From NCBI GenBank assembly GCA_001687465.1, contig LVLI01000481.1, positions 1 to 63,039 on the forward strand: 63,039 nt of DNA, read 5' to 3'. Source of the stretch: Halocafeteria seosinensis (Eukaryota). Positions 46,782 through 58,768 of the stretch are shown in pieces; the stretch's first letter is position 1; every line of letters begins with the position of its first letter. Made by a program: the position numbers and the translations under genes. Below the pieces are notes generated by a model. It had not been told where the DNA came from and ran no database searches. It saw nothing but the letters and a program-made list of their open reading frames with translations.

Positions 46782-48463
46782 ATGAACAGTGCTGGAGGCA
46801 AACGCGATGGCGCCGCGCCGAAACAAGTGAAGAATAACAAGAAGCCCCCATCCAAGGGCGGCGGTACCAAAGGCAAAGGAAAAAACCGAGGGTCAGCGAA
46901 TCCCAGTAAGGGCAGCAAACCCCAGCAGAGACCCCATACTTCGCCAGAGACCAAGGACTCGGCGGCGGCCGCGAGTGGCGTCAATCAGGAGCAGAGTGAT
47001 CTAGCGTTACCTCACCTAGTAGGAAGGTAAGACAGTCTCCGTAACAGTAGAGGGACCCGTGTAAAGCGTCTATTCTGGATTTTCATTGCTTCAGGCCTCT
47101 AGTACCCTTCTTTGATGAAAATGAAGCGGTGAACGAAGACCTCCAAGTCCAGTACGTGTGTGTAGGCGACAGGGTCCTTTTTCTCTAGAGCAATTTGGTT
47201 TACGGTACAAATGCTGTGCTGCGTGTGAACAGGCATGAGTTTGAGCAGGTTCAGATCAACCCAAGAAGATGGAATGCTGAAGATGGCTATTTTGAGCATG
47301 GCACGAGTGCTGCAGTTAGACCAGCGTCGTCAACTGGCGGTTCAGTTCTGCGAGTGAAAGACAACGGGAAGGAAATTCGATCGACCTCGGTAAACGTTCA
47401 GGACTTATTTCAAGCAGCAGTGTCAGGCAATGCTCCCGAAGATAGTACCCAGGAACAATACAACAGAGAAAAGCGAAGCTCTCGATCACAAAAGCCAAGG
47501 TCATCCTCAACATCACATGTCGATACATCGCCGATACGAAATGCTCGGAGACAGGACGACTCCAAAGGCGAATCGAAGAACCAGCAGCCAGCGCAGAAAA
47601 GGAATGTTGGGAAAGAAAAACCGAAGGATGGAGGAGAAACCGCTGGAAAGAGTAGCGTGAAGAAGAGTACTGGTCCGAAAGGAAAAGAGGGACCGCCTCC
47701 TAAAATTGGTAGGGACAAGCCGCCTCCCGGTATTTCCTCTAATTTCTTTGCATGGTCATCCTTTCAAGAGAGTCCTGAACCAGATAGTCTACCAATCCCC
47801 GTGTTTGACTCTCCTAAAGCAACCGAGCATCAGGAGCAAAAGAAGCGCGAAAAGGATGAGGAGGATACAGCAGACAGTGACTTTAAAGATTTTTTGTCGG
47901 AAGGGAGGACATGGTCGAAGAAAGGTGCAGCTGCTGCGCCAATCGCACCCATGATGTCCAATGATGCGAATACCGCTCCTAAAGCAGAGAACCAGACAGA
48001 AGTTTCTAATCGGCCGTCGTACTTCACTCCTATGAATGTACCAGACGAACCCGTTGAGTCGCCCCCTCGGATGGAGCCATTACCCTCAGCCGCTGAGTCT
48101 AACATTCGAACAAATGCTGTGGCATCACTATCTCAACAAAAAACGCGCGAAGAAAATCAATGGCATTCTCCGATGAACTCCGAAGAGTTCACCGCAAGTA
48201 CAACACAACCGAGCAAACCGCGCCCCACGCCCTCTTTTACCTTCACGCCAATGGTGCCAGCTTCAGTGAAAAGGAAATCAAAGGCGGATAAGACCGCGGC
48301 CAAGAACGGGGATGTTCCTTCCAAGACATCGTCTGAACATGCTAGCAGTTCTGCGAAGAGGGCATCGCAAACCCAGAACTCGTCTCAAACGGGAGGAAGT
48401 TCCCAAGGTAAAACGAAAAACGAAGAAGCAACAAACAACTTGAAACGCCTTCTGTTTTCTTAG
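46782..48463 (+). CDS. Disordered protein with PNRC/Edc1-type motif (mRNA decapping activator-like), multi-exon
   Basis: FFAWSSFQESPEPDSLPIPVF matches the PNRC consensus (YAG..F..SP.P..LP.P.F). C-terminal ATNNLKRLL helical Leu motif. Confidence 0.65.
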
Positions 48464-48908
48464 TATACAACGAAAGCAGGTATAAGCAACACTGGAGAAA
48501 TGGTATTACCAGTGATGAACACATTCCTGACGTATCTTCCCGGAAAACGAAATATGATGGCAATGCTGACGTTATGGAATTGAAAATTACAAATTGTTGT
48601 TGCGCGATGACGAAACAACAGCGCCAGCGTCACTCTTCTACCTAGTGCCCATTGGCCAGATTCTTAATACCACAGAGTTTTACATTGTTATTAGAAGATC
48701 CATTCTCTACAATATGAGTTACTCTTCATGATGATGTTTTCTTCTTTATTAGACTTCCGCGTTGAAGTCAACGGTGAGTCACCTCACCGGGGACTCCGCG
48801 CGGGGAGCTGTTTTCTAGCATATCTCAGTCTAGCCGTGTTGTCATGCCTCAAATCGTTCAATAGAACGAGTAGTGCAATAGTCGTTGAGTGCTCTTTGGA
48901 AGCAGAAA

Positions 48909-49793
48909 ATGTCGAGCGCGACGAGCTCCTCCTCGGCGTCGTGGTCGCAGTTCCGGAGGGAATGGGAGCAACTAAAGAAGGCTATAGAGCCATTACAGAG
49001 CATTTCGGACCTGGGCAAGCTATCAGAGCGACTACCCACTCTGGACAATGCTCGCCTGAACGCAATTTACGCGTACGCCGTGAATGCGTTGATTTACAGT
49101 AAGTGGGTCGATATTCCATGATGCACTGGTGTTGATGATGATGATTTCTCCCCCATTCACACAGTGCATTTGAAGGTACAAGGAGTTCGGACGGTGGATC
49201 ATCCCATCAAGGAGGAACTGGAACGAGTGAAACAGTATTTTGAAAAAATTAGCGAAGTGAAGAAACGAACAGGTTAGTGAGGTGTGGAAGCCACGGTTGT
49301 TTGGTTGACCTGAAACTAACTGTAGCACACATTTGATTGCCCAGAACGTGAGCAAGGACACTCTGTGTCTGGATTGGATAAGGCAGCTTCGCAGAGGTTT
49401 ATTAAACATGCTCTCGCTGGTAACTCTACCGCATCGGCTTCTCAGTCAGCAGCGTCAAGCACGGCTACCAGTAGTACAGAATCATCATCCGCGAGAAAAA
49501 CCAAGACAAAGAAAAAGGCAAAAAAGAAAACCAAGAAATCTTCAAACGAAAAAGGAGAAAAGGGAGAGGGAAACGCACAAGCTGCGTCTTCACCTTCTTC
49601 CGATGAGGACACCCCATCGGAAACGACGGAAGGACCCATGACGGGGAAGAAAAGACTACGTGCTACAAGCACAACTCTAGGCAGCTCCATGGTATCAAAG
49701 TCACTGAGCAGCTCTAAGCGGAGCACACCAGAGCCGAAACTAACGCATCTTAATTGGAAAGAAGAGCTGAAAAAGAAAAGTAAGAAACATTGA
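48909..49793 (+). CDS. C1D: C1D/Rrp47 exosome cofactor (Sas10/C1D family), 3 exons
   Basis: LDNARLN..YAYAVNAL, LKVQGV…HPIKEELERVKQYFEKI, LDKAASQRFIKHAL, Lys-rich tail. Confidence 0.85.
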
Positions 49794-50261
49794 GTTCCTG
49801 TGGGAGTCGTGATTTCTTGTGGGTATGTTTCTGTACATTCCATTGGGAACAAAGTAGCCTATTTAGCAGACTCTTGCGCCTTATACTCGCTATGTGAGAC
49901 AATTGGTGGGTCTCTGGTATATGATAGACGTTTAAGTGGCAAAACGGAACGGGGGCTGTAGGCAGCCACCACGAACGAGCTGTGCCGGGTATTCCGTCGC
50001 TAAGGTTTCGGGATACATAACTGGAATTCTCTTCATGCTGGGCAGTTTGCTATATCAAGCGTTTTACGAGAGATTTTGCCAGAGTACTGGAGAGCTCGCT
50101 GATGAGGACGAAAAATTGGTCCGATTAATGCACTAGCTTCGGTTCATCCCTATTCGCCTTCACCCTTTGCTTGAACAACCGTCCGATATGTATAAAAGCA
50201 CGTACTTCGGCTAGAACGGATCCATCTTAAAATAGTAACACCCATCACGATAGATCATGCT

Positions 50262-52955
50262 TCAAACAGACTGATGACTTCCTTCAGTGTGTCCATTCGC
50301 TGGCAACCTGTCGGGCTGAGCTTGATGACGACGCACTTTCTTATACAGCGAATCAAGATTCAGCATTGAGCTAGAGCTAGTAAAGGCGGCGTCAGTATTC
50401 TGGTTATCCAAAACGTCCTGCATACCGATTCGTTCGAGACGTTGCTTAGCTACTTTTTTCATAATAGGTTCCACATCAGGAAAGAATTCTGCACCGTTTA
50501 AACGGGAACAGGAAGCAAGCATCGGTCTAATCAAAGTATGTTTCCAAACGTTGAGTGTACTTCAGGACGTACTTAGGAGTACCCAAAAGCGGTGCTCTGG
50601 GATGACATGAATATAGCAGTTCGTGATCGCGCGAACAGTAAACGGCTCCCTCGTATTCCAAAGCGTCGCGACATCACCTGAAATTCGAGAATGTGAGTGC
50701 ATAGTGTGACTCCAGTTAACACCAGCTAATTTTTGAACGTGAGCTTACCGAAAAAAGAACCATCAGCAAGGGTTAATAGGGGTTCCTGTTTTCGAAGAAA
50801 TTCGCATTCTCCTTGTCCGATTATGTACAGTCCTGCGGGGCGGGCGGTCGAGTTAATTCAACCCACACATTCCAGGAAGAAGTAGAATAAGAACAGGGCA
50901 GAGTAGAGTATCCTGTTACTTACCTGATAACGGCTCATCTTCCAGCACTATCATGTCGTCCGCCAGAATAAATTGCGTGTTTAGTTCGGGAATAAAAGAC
51001 TCAAGGAAGCCTTCGCTGGTATTCGCCAGAAGTGGTACACTCTTAGTCAGTGACTTCAAACGGTTAATATGGATTGCACGATAGAGAGGCTTCGGTAATG
51101 ATTCTAAGAGAGATACTTCATCAAACTTCCTGCTAGAGGGAAACCTCTCTTGAATATAGTGTCGTATGCGTTTTCGCAGGTCTTTTGGAAGGTTGTAGTC
51201 TTTCATGAACTGCGGAAAGAATTGCCAGTCCAAATTGAGATTAACGATGGTAAATTGAAAACAGACTTACGAGATTCATTTCATCCATATATTGCATAAA
51301 CTCTGCACCAGATTTGTTCATGTTCATAATCAGTGTTGTAACCGTGGCAATGACCACGGCGTAAATGGAAGCTCCGACGAGATTCGACACGCTGATGAAG
51401 AACACCTCCACAGTTCTTTGCGGAACAAACGACCCGTAGGATATACATAGCATTAGCGAAATTGACGTATATAGACACCATATGTATTGCGAACCAACAT
51501 CAAGATGCCGAATGCCAGCCAAAGAGACCCAAGAGTTTTCTGGGAAGTTACCTGTAGAGGACACGCCAGTATGCTCTGTAGCCTGTTCTGACTTCTTAGT
51601 TTTTTGTTTACTTACTCAATCTTGAAATCAAGAACAGCAAGCAGGCATCCACGTGAATAAAAAAGAAAACCGATAACCCTAAGATTGTCAGATGCACACG
51701 CAGTGGTGACACATGCGCAAAATAGTTCTTCGTGTATCGAAATATTTTGGTAAGTCGGCAAAGCCGTAATAATCTCATCATCCTCAGGACAAGAATATTG
51801 GTAGGGGGGCTGCAATTACATTCAAATATCGTAAGTCGTTTCAAACGAATTCCAATCTTCTTGCGTTCATCTTACTCAATGAAGCCCTTTTCTCCTATCG
51901 TAAGAGCAAAGTAGTCAATCGGGAGAACCGAAATGATGTCCGTAACTAGGTACGTCTGACGCTAGCGTAGAAGAAAGAACAAATACTACGACTTTGCTAA
52001 AACTGAAACCGATTGGAAGAGCTTACTTTTGCGTAGTTCTTCATAGTCCAACGAGGTTTCATCACTAGATCGTTTGTTTGAGTCCAATACCCGGTAATGA
52101 AACTAATCAGAATATCGACCACGAAGACGAAGTCAACGAATATGCCCGTATAGAACCTGCGACTCTAGCAGGAGTCCAAGAGAAAAATCTAAACAAAGTC
52201 AACAAAAACTCATGCTTACAATGCCAGTGAAGGTGTGCGCGTTTTGACGAAACTGATTTCAAAGGGGACGGTTAAGGCCGTGTAGCCCACCAGGAAAGCA
52301 ACAAAACAATCCCAAAGAAGCTTGAATCTGCTTTGAGGGTGAATTGTGCGCAGCGAACCTACCACATGTTGACGCCGACTAAGCTTCGAAATGCTCTCTC
52401 TTTCTTTCTGATGCATCTTGTATTCGGCCTGAGACATCCCATAAAGTTTTCTGCACTTGCAAATCCATTGTACGTCTACATACGAGTTGCTGTCCACGTG
52501 GTATGTAATACTCACCTTGCCAGCTCTCGACCGCCTTCTTCTTCATCGTCAGCAAGGAGGACATAAGAGCCTGTACGTTCTGGTCCTGCTGATGATTCCC
52601 GCGTTGGGCGATCTTTGTCTGGAAACGGGATAAAACTGTCATCATCAGCATTTCCACCATCCACATTGTGAAGGGACATTTCTTTCTGCAGTAGTGGGGC
52701 ATCGACTCTGGAACTTTCGTCTCCCGGTAAAACATTAATACTTTCTCCTGACTCAGGTTGTGAAAGTGGTGGTGTGCCACTTCTGTTGTGGTGGTTAGAA
52801 GCGGGGCTATCCTCTCCTCCGAGGCCGGCCGGAACATACTCTTGAGGTGGTTGAGCATTTCGACGATCCCGCCAATCGGGTACTGTTTTTCCTGACCGTA
52901 CAGGGAGAGTTACACCCCCATCGGGCTCTGACCGAGGGTTGTTGGACGGCAGCAT
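50262..52955 (-). CDS. HCN-like six-TM cation channel with C-linker and degenerate CNBD, multi-exon; start may extend to ATG 53029
   Basis: IHPQSRFKLLWD, S4 LRMMRLLRLCRLTKIFRY, HVDACLLFL, FPENSWV, pore SLMLCISYG, FMKDYNLPKDLRKRI..Y, LADGSFFGD…TVRA. Confidence 0.88.
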
Positions 52956-54166
52956 TCCTGCGCATACATATATGTATTTGGGGTAGTGCCTTATCAGGTT
53001 GTGAGACTCGCACTCCGAGACTCCTTCATACGAGGACACACGACGTACCGAGGACGGCTGAGAAAATCACACCAGTAATTGTATTTGGTAGTGTACTCTC
53101 TCTTCCTCTCTCTTTCCCTAGCAGCACAGGGCAGTGCAAAATGAGGCTCCCTTGCCTGTTGATGGCGCGTTAGCCGGCGTGGCGAGAACACCACTGGCTG
53201 CCAGTTGTTTCGATTCGACTTCTCTCCTTATCCGCAGCGATGGCCGAAGGAATAAAGAAGAAGTGAGATCTTTCTCGTTTGACATGTACTTGTTGATACA
53301 AACATGCAGTGGTTCAGGAATTTGCTATCGCACCTCAGCTGAGCTGCTCTGTGATAGTCGCTTGAAGAACACACATGCACACGTGGAAGTCGCATTGTTC
53401 GCTACAGGATAACCTGCTCTATACAGTACGGCGTACGCTATAGTAGCAGCTCTTACAACGAAGTCTTCATGTGACCCAAGACACCGCGTTATCACTACCG
53501 TGTTGCGGTGGGACGTTTTATCAGTGTACCATGATAGTGAGGCTCAAGAGGGTACGCATGCATGTCAACTGACCACGACAACGCTGACCATTCGGCATTT
53601 CTTGTGAATTCTGTTGCAATACAGACAGCTCAAATACACCGAAAATGCAAACGAGTGCCGTTGCTTGATTAGGTGTCACTAGTACATGTCTTTGTAGGCA
53701 CCCGGCGAAGACTGGAAGAGTGTGCATGAATGTGGGAAATCATCAGCACAGAACTGATACGTTCCAAAGCAGGCAAGAGTATATCTGTGTTGAAGAGGAC
53801 ATGTCAGAGGATCTCCTTGCTTGTGCTGTTGTCCAAGTACAAGTTGATTGTTGATTTCCCAAAGCCAGGAACCCAGGAATTCACCCAGGAATTCAGGCCG
53901 CTTAACCTTATGAATGGCCATGGAACCCGTCAGCGAGACACTCTTTGTACTGCAGTTAACCGAGGCATACAGTCCAGCGAAGCTTGATTGAATGGCATTG
54001 CCTCTTGTTCCGTGGTTCAACTGTATTGACTACAAACGACAGTGGTCAATGACTACAGTACTTCGCAACGAGACGGGAGTTTGGTATGACCATGACCATG
54101 ACCACCCAAATTGATAGTTGTATTCGGCGTATTTGATTTGTTCTTAATAAATGAGTGAATGCGAAT

Positions 54167-57100
54167 ATGGCGTCAGCTTCTCCATCCAACAACAACCATC
54201 ATGCGTCAAAACGGCGTAAAGTGGAGCACACCTCTCCACCTTTATCTCCAGCTGTCTCCGGGGGTGAAGGGACCCCTCCGCCATTATCATTGAATACTCC
54301 ACCCCAGCATCAACATACGTGGCGCTCACCGTCGAGTCCAGGAGATGGTGGTGGTGGGGGTAATAGTAGCTCGGTTTCATCGGCCGCTAGCTCAGGGAAA
54401 ACACGTACAGTTGGATACTACCTCAAAGACAGCCTCTCGAGCACTTTATGGACGTGGAAAACACGGAAAAATGCGTTTGTAGACTATGTAAGTCGTGTCC
54501 ACTACATAAGCAAATCGACACCGATGAATACAATGGGGAATTGTATTGGAATGCAGATACGAAGTCTAAATGACGGAAATGAACGGAGGAAAGTGGTACA
54601 GGAGAAGCCACCTCTAATGCTAGCCCGAGAGTGTGTTTCATCGGGCCTCTACGAGTTCGCCTATTGTGTAAGAGTACCTTATCGATCTCTACGACCTATC
54701 GCCAAGACTGTATGTGCTTGTGTCCTGCAGTTAGCGGCCGTGGAGCGCTTTGGGTTGGATGATCTAGGCGTACCTTTCTCCGTGGACTCGCCAAGTCTCA
54801 CAAAAGCTATTGAGGCACGATGGATACTCGAGGATTCAGTTGGAAACCCAGGAGAAGTTGATACAGGCCGTACAGCATCGTCCACACCGTATCAGTACGT
54901 AACTGTGGACTCCACCGGCGCTGCAGCGTTGGGATATCTGGACTTTATTGTCTCTGAATACCACTCGTCTCGAAACCAACAAGAGGAAGGCACACACATC
55001 ACTCGGATAATGACAACATTTGATGGTGCGGGAGAAGAAGATGTAGTCAAGTTCTCGAACATATTGCAATATCATGGGGTCTTCAGGAAGAAGGTACTCC
55101 TAGATACTGTACGAATCGCTCGGGGAGAGAAGGACTCCCTTCACACGGAGGTTCACGCAGAGGCTTACCATGGCATTGTTGGGGCGGCCAATAGAGTTGG
55201 GCACTTAGGAGCTGTTGAAAATGGAAATGGAACCAATAAAGGAAGAGAGCCACAAACTTTGCCCTCCGTAGGGTTGTCAGCGCCACAGTGGCTACACCGA
55301 AAGAAAGCACGGCAAGAAGCCGTGGTACTACTTGTAGCTTGCTTCGATGCCAATCGATGTGAATTACACGTTAACAATTTAAGCAATGCTTCAACTCTTT
55401 TGGAAGCCGTACGAACTCTTCAATCAACCGCGAACGTTGCTCATCACCGGAGCTTAGTCGAACCGGGACCTACATCAGAGTCCCGTGCAGCTCGGATTGT
55501 CTCCAATGTATTGCCGCTTTACGTCCAACTGGTAAAAAGCCTTGAATCAAGGGATACCCAAAGCGGAGAAGATAAGAAAGGTTTCAAGCACACTATCAAC
55601 GGGGATTTACTCTCTGAAGCAATACAGCTCGAGAGCATCCACAGTGAGGACACTACGAAGCCGGAAAAAAGTGGGCAACCTCAAGGTAGCTCGGTAGAAT
55701 ACGCAGACCAGATTGCTGATAGGCTTGGCAATCAGTCACATGTCGCAGAGTCTAGTAGGGCCTCAACCGAATCGTTGGCAAGTTTGGTGGAGCGCTCGGT
55801 TCCCGTCATTCCGGCTACTAGCGACAGCAGGTCGGCCGTGAATCATATTTTGCGTGAGTACTTGCAGCAACGCTTCGAAGAGCTCCCACACAATGTGCAA
55901 TCAAAGGAGGTATTGACGTTTTTGCAAAGAACTTTTGAAACTGTGGCTACACAAGCCTTAACGTGGTTAACAAAGGACATTGCTAGGTCCCTCCGTAACT
56001 CTGTTGTTTCAGGAACTTCAGATAATGCTTGTTTGGATACTATGAAGAATCCAATAATGGATGATTTACCTGACAATGCTCTTATTCATATGGTCAACGT
56101 TGTCGACGCTTTCTCGCAAAAACTCTTTTGTATCGTAAATGGGATTTCGCTTTGCAGCCAAACCCAGCGTGCAATGGATGCTGTTTCTACCTCTGCCATA
56201 CAGAAGGAACTTGAAGGATCTGTATTGCCTTCATATGAACAAGCGGCTCAACTAACGTTAGAGGACCATGCTTGTCATTTCTATTGGAGGCTTCTTCAGT
56301 GTAGCCGGTTTTTTCTCCAGAGCCATGTTGCAAAAAGAAAGGGTTCGTCACCAACTATCGCGTCGTCTATCAGAGATAGTGCTTTGCCGATTGACAAATA
56401 TGCGGACGTTTTTGTGGGAATTTCAAGTGAAGTGGTTGAATTAGACGGCATTGATCCTCAATTGCCGTGCGAGGTCCTGTTTGCAGTGAGGTATTGGTGC
56501 GGTTTAACAAGCGCGCTGCTCACCGACGCTATACTCAAGTGCATTTCAATGGATCGGAAAAATGGAAGTGATAAAGGAGGTGAAAATGCCAAAGATAGTA
56601 AAGAAGAAACCGCCAGCTCATCTCGTGGACTTTTTGGAACGTTCGATGACCATGTTGTTTCCTCAGTCGCTAACTGCGTTTGCCGACGCGCCGCGGATTC
56701 AGGCGTAAGCAATACCACTGCGGTCCTCCTAAAAATGGTTTGCGATTCTGCAGCTTTCTGCGACAAGATGCTTAGTTATGCAATTCATGCGAATTCAGAT
56801 GCCGAGTATGCCCTCATAGTACCTTCTCTGCTGGTTATGCTCGCCGATATAAGGCTGCAGCGAAACGGTATCCGGGACATGCAGACCACTGGTTTGAATC
56901 GTGTTTCATGGTGGCACTTTGTTGAATCATCGTCTGTGTCTGAACTATCGGAAGTGGTAACATTATATAGCAACGGCCTGCTTCGAAACGCAGAGGTCAT
57001 GGATGCTGTTGTCGCGGAGAACTTTGTTTCAACCTGCAGGGATAAAGTGGACCTACGGGCCATAGTGTTTAGAGACCTTCAACCTATCTTTGCACCCTGG

Positions 57101-57685
57101 CTGCAGCTTATGTATCACGATAAACACTGCAATGCTATATTTTTCCGCTTAGTCTTAAGCTTAACACAGTTGCAGTTCCACGAAACAGCATGCATACTTG
57201 GCCAAACCCTTGAGGGTTTAAGCTCTGTCCAGTATCTTACAATCATGGTGAAATCGAGCAATGAATTGATCAAGGGTTTCCAGAGGACCGTTTCAGAAGA
57301 CGACGATTGCAACGTCGATTTGCGTGAAGTTGCTGACAGGTTCATAGAAGATAAACTATGGACGGATTTTCTCTGGAGCTCCGGGGCCGCAGAGTGGTTA
57401 CTTCATCTGTGGTACTGCCAAGTTGCTGCTTTGTATGATGACGATACGATGGAAGAGGGAATTGAAACTCGTCGTGGAAAAGATTTATCTTCTCAGACGT
57501 CAGTACGGATTCGTGTCGCTTTAGCAGAGGCTGTACGCAACAAGCTGTCCCGGGAAGTGTCAAGTCTTCAGAACTCAGCTGTGAGGCAAGAGGATCCATA
57601 CAGAGAAGACTGGTGCATACGAGAAACTCTGCATAAGCTCTATTCCTCCCTGTGTGAGAGTACGGGAAGCTGCATGCCGAGCTGA
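54167..57685 (+). CDS. Large intronless hypothetical protein (~1170 aa), N-terminal NLS-like KRRK
   Basis: 3.5-kb stop-free frame. No family recognised. Confidence 0.8.
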   Translation: MASASPSNNNHHASKRRKVEHTSPPLSPAVSGGEGTPPPLSLNTPPQHQHTWRSPSSPGDGGGGGNSSSVSSAASSGKTRTVGYYLKDSLSSTLWTWKTRKNAFVDYVSRVHYISKSTPMNTMGNCIGMQIRSLNDGNERRKVVQEKPPLMLARECVSSGLYEFAYCVRVPYRSLRPIAKTVCACVLQLAAVERFGLDDLGVPFSVDSPSLTKAIEARWILEDSVGNPGEVDTGRTASSTPYQYVTVDSTGAAALGYLDFIVSEYHSSRNQQEEGTHITRIMTTFDGAGEEDVVKFSNILQYHGVFRKKVLLDTVRIARGEKDSLHTEVHAEAYHGIVGAANRVGHLGAVENGNGTNKGREPQTLPSVGLSAPQWLHRKKARQEAVVLLVACFDANRCELHVNNLSNASTLLEAVRTLQSTANVAHHRSLVEPGPTSESRAARIVSNVLPLYVQLVKSLESRDTQSGEDKKGFKHTINGDLLSEAIQLESIHSEDTTKPEKSGQPQGSSVEYADQIADRLGNQSHVAESSRASTESLASLVERSVPVIPATSDSRSAVNHILREYLQQRFEELPHNVQSKEVLTFLQRTFETVATQALTWLTKDIARSLRNSVVSGTSDNACLDTMKNPIMDDLPDNALIHMVNVVDAFSQKLFCIVNGISLCSQTQRAMDAVSTSAIQKELEGSVLPSYEQAAQLTLEDHACHFYWRLLQCSRFFLQSHVAKRKGSSPTIASSIRDSALPIDKYADVFVGISSEVVELDGIDPQLPCEVLFAVRYWCGLTSALLTDAILKCISMDRKNGSDKGGENAKDSKEETASSSRGLFGTFDDHVVSSVANCVCRRAADSGVSNTTAVLLKMVCDSAAFCDKMLSYAIHANSDAEYALIVPSLLVMLADIRLQRNGIRDMQTTGLNRVSWWHFVESSSVSELSEVVTLYSNGLLRNAEVMDAVVAENFVSTCRDKVDLRAIVFRDLQPIFAPWLQLMYHDKHCNAIFFRLVLSLTQLQFHETACILGQTLEGLSSVQYLTIMVKSSNELIKGFQRTVSEDDDCNVDLREVADRFIEDKLWTDFLWSSGAAEWLLHLWYCQVAALYDDDTMEEGIETRRGKDLSSQTSVRIRVALAEAVRNKLSREVSSLQNSAVRQEDPYREDWCIRETLHKLYSSLCESTGSCMPS

Positions 57686-58079
57686 ATCGTTGGTTTGTCC
57701 TAGTTATTGTCCTAGTCATTGTAGTCTCCGGCTGCCTACCTCATCAAGTAAATCGGGCGACAAACAGTTGCCTACAAGTAAGTGATCGGTCACTCGAGAC
57801 TAGAAGCTCCATGTCTCGATCACCTTGTTCAAGCACCCCCATAAAGGGCAATAATGAAACCACTAGTAAAATTTACAGATAATTCGCTTGTAAATACTTC
57901 GCGTCGCTCCCCTTCCAAAAGTTGAAGTTCCCACCCCTTAGTTACCCTTCACAAGTAGGTAGACCTGACACCACCTGTTAGTGAGCGTCTTGACTGAACA
58001 CGACAGAGTAAGACAATGTAAATGCACTTGGTATAAGATATTTTTTCTGTGTTTTTTGGTATCTGTTCCCGGAAATAGA

Positions 58080-58743
58080 ATGAGTGGAGGAAGGAAAAGG
58101 ACCACCGCCACCAGCAGCAGCAGTATGCAGGGCGCTATGGAGGACGATGAAGATGATGCAGGAGAAGCTACAAGTGCTTCCGGGATGAGTTACGGTGCCC
58201 GTATTGTCCGAAATCAGGTGAAATCGATCCAGAACTCAATCAAGCGACAGCAGCGAAAAGAGGAGCAGAAACGCTCTTCCTCATCGGCTACAGGGAAGCA
58301 GGGTATACAACAGAAGAAAGGCCATACGAGGAAGCCATTGTCCTCGTCAGCCAAACGCTCTCGTCAAAGGAAGAGGGACCGTCGCCAACAACAAGCGGAG
58401 GAGTCGTCCGGAGCCCAGTCGACGAAGAAGAAGCGTATGCGGTCCCACGGAACCAACACCTTTACTACGAATATACTAGGTAAGTGTAGTACCATGGTTA
58501 TTGTTGAGTTTTGCTGAACTAGGTGGTAGTGCTTTTGTCGTTGTTGTGGCGTACCCAACAGAGCAAAAAATGCGTCAAGAGTCGCTGGAAGCGCAGTCCA
58601 AGCGAAAGCGGAATTTGAGTGTGATTCGACAGATGGATGCCATTGGGGCGCCTTCGCGAAGAAAGCTACAGCATCAGGAACAGTGGCAAACAAGAGGCGA
58701 GGACAATCCGCATAGGGCTATCAGTGAAATATACGGGGTATAG
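58080..58743 (+). CDS. Small basic hypothetical protein (nucleolar-like), 2 exons
   Basis: ATG at 58080, GTAAGT donor at ~58480, second exon EQKMRQESL…KRKRNLSVIR to TAG 58743. Confidence 0.55.
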
Positions 58744-58768
58744 TTCCACTGTTGGACGATCTAGTAAA

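Noticed and set aside
53200..54100. Several short ORFs between the channel and the large orphan gene
   Set aside because: Short, on conflicting strands, without motifs or a consistent exon chain.
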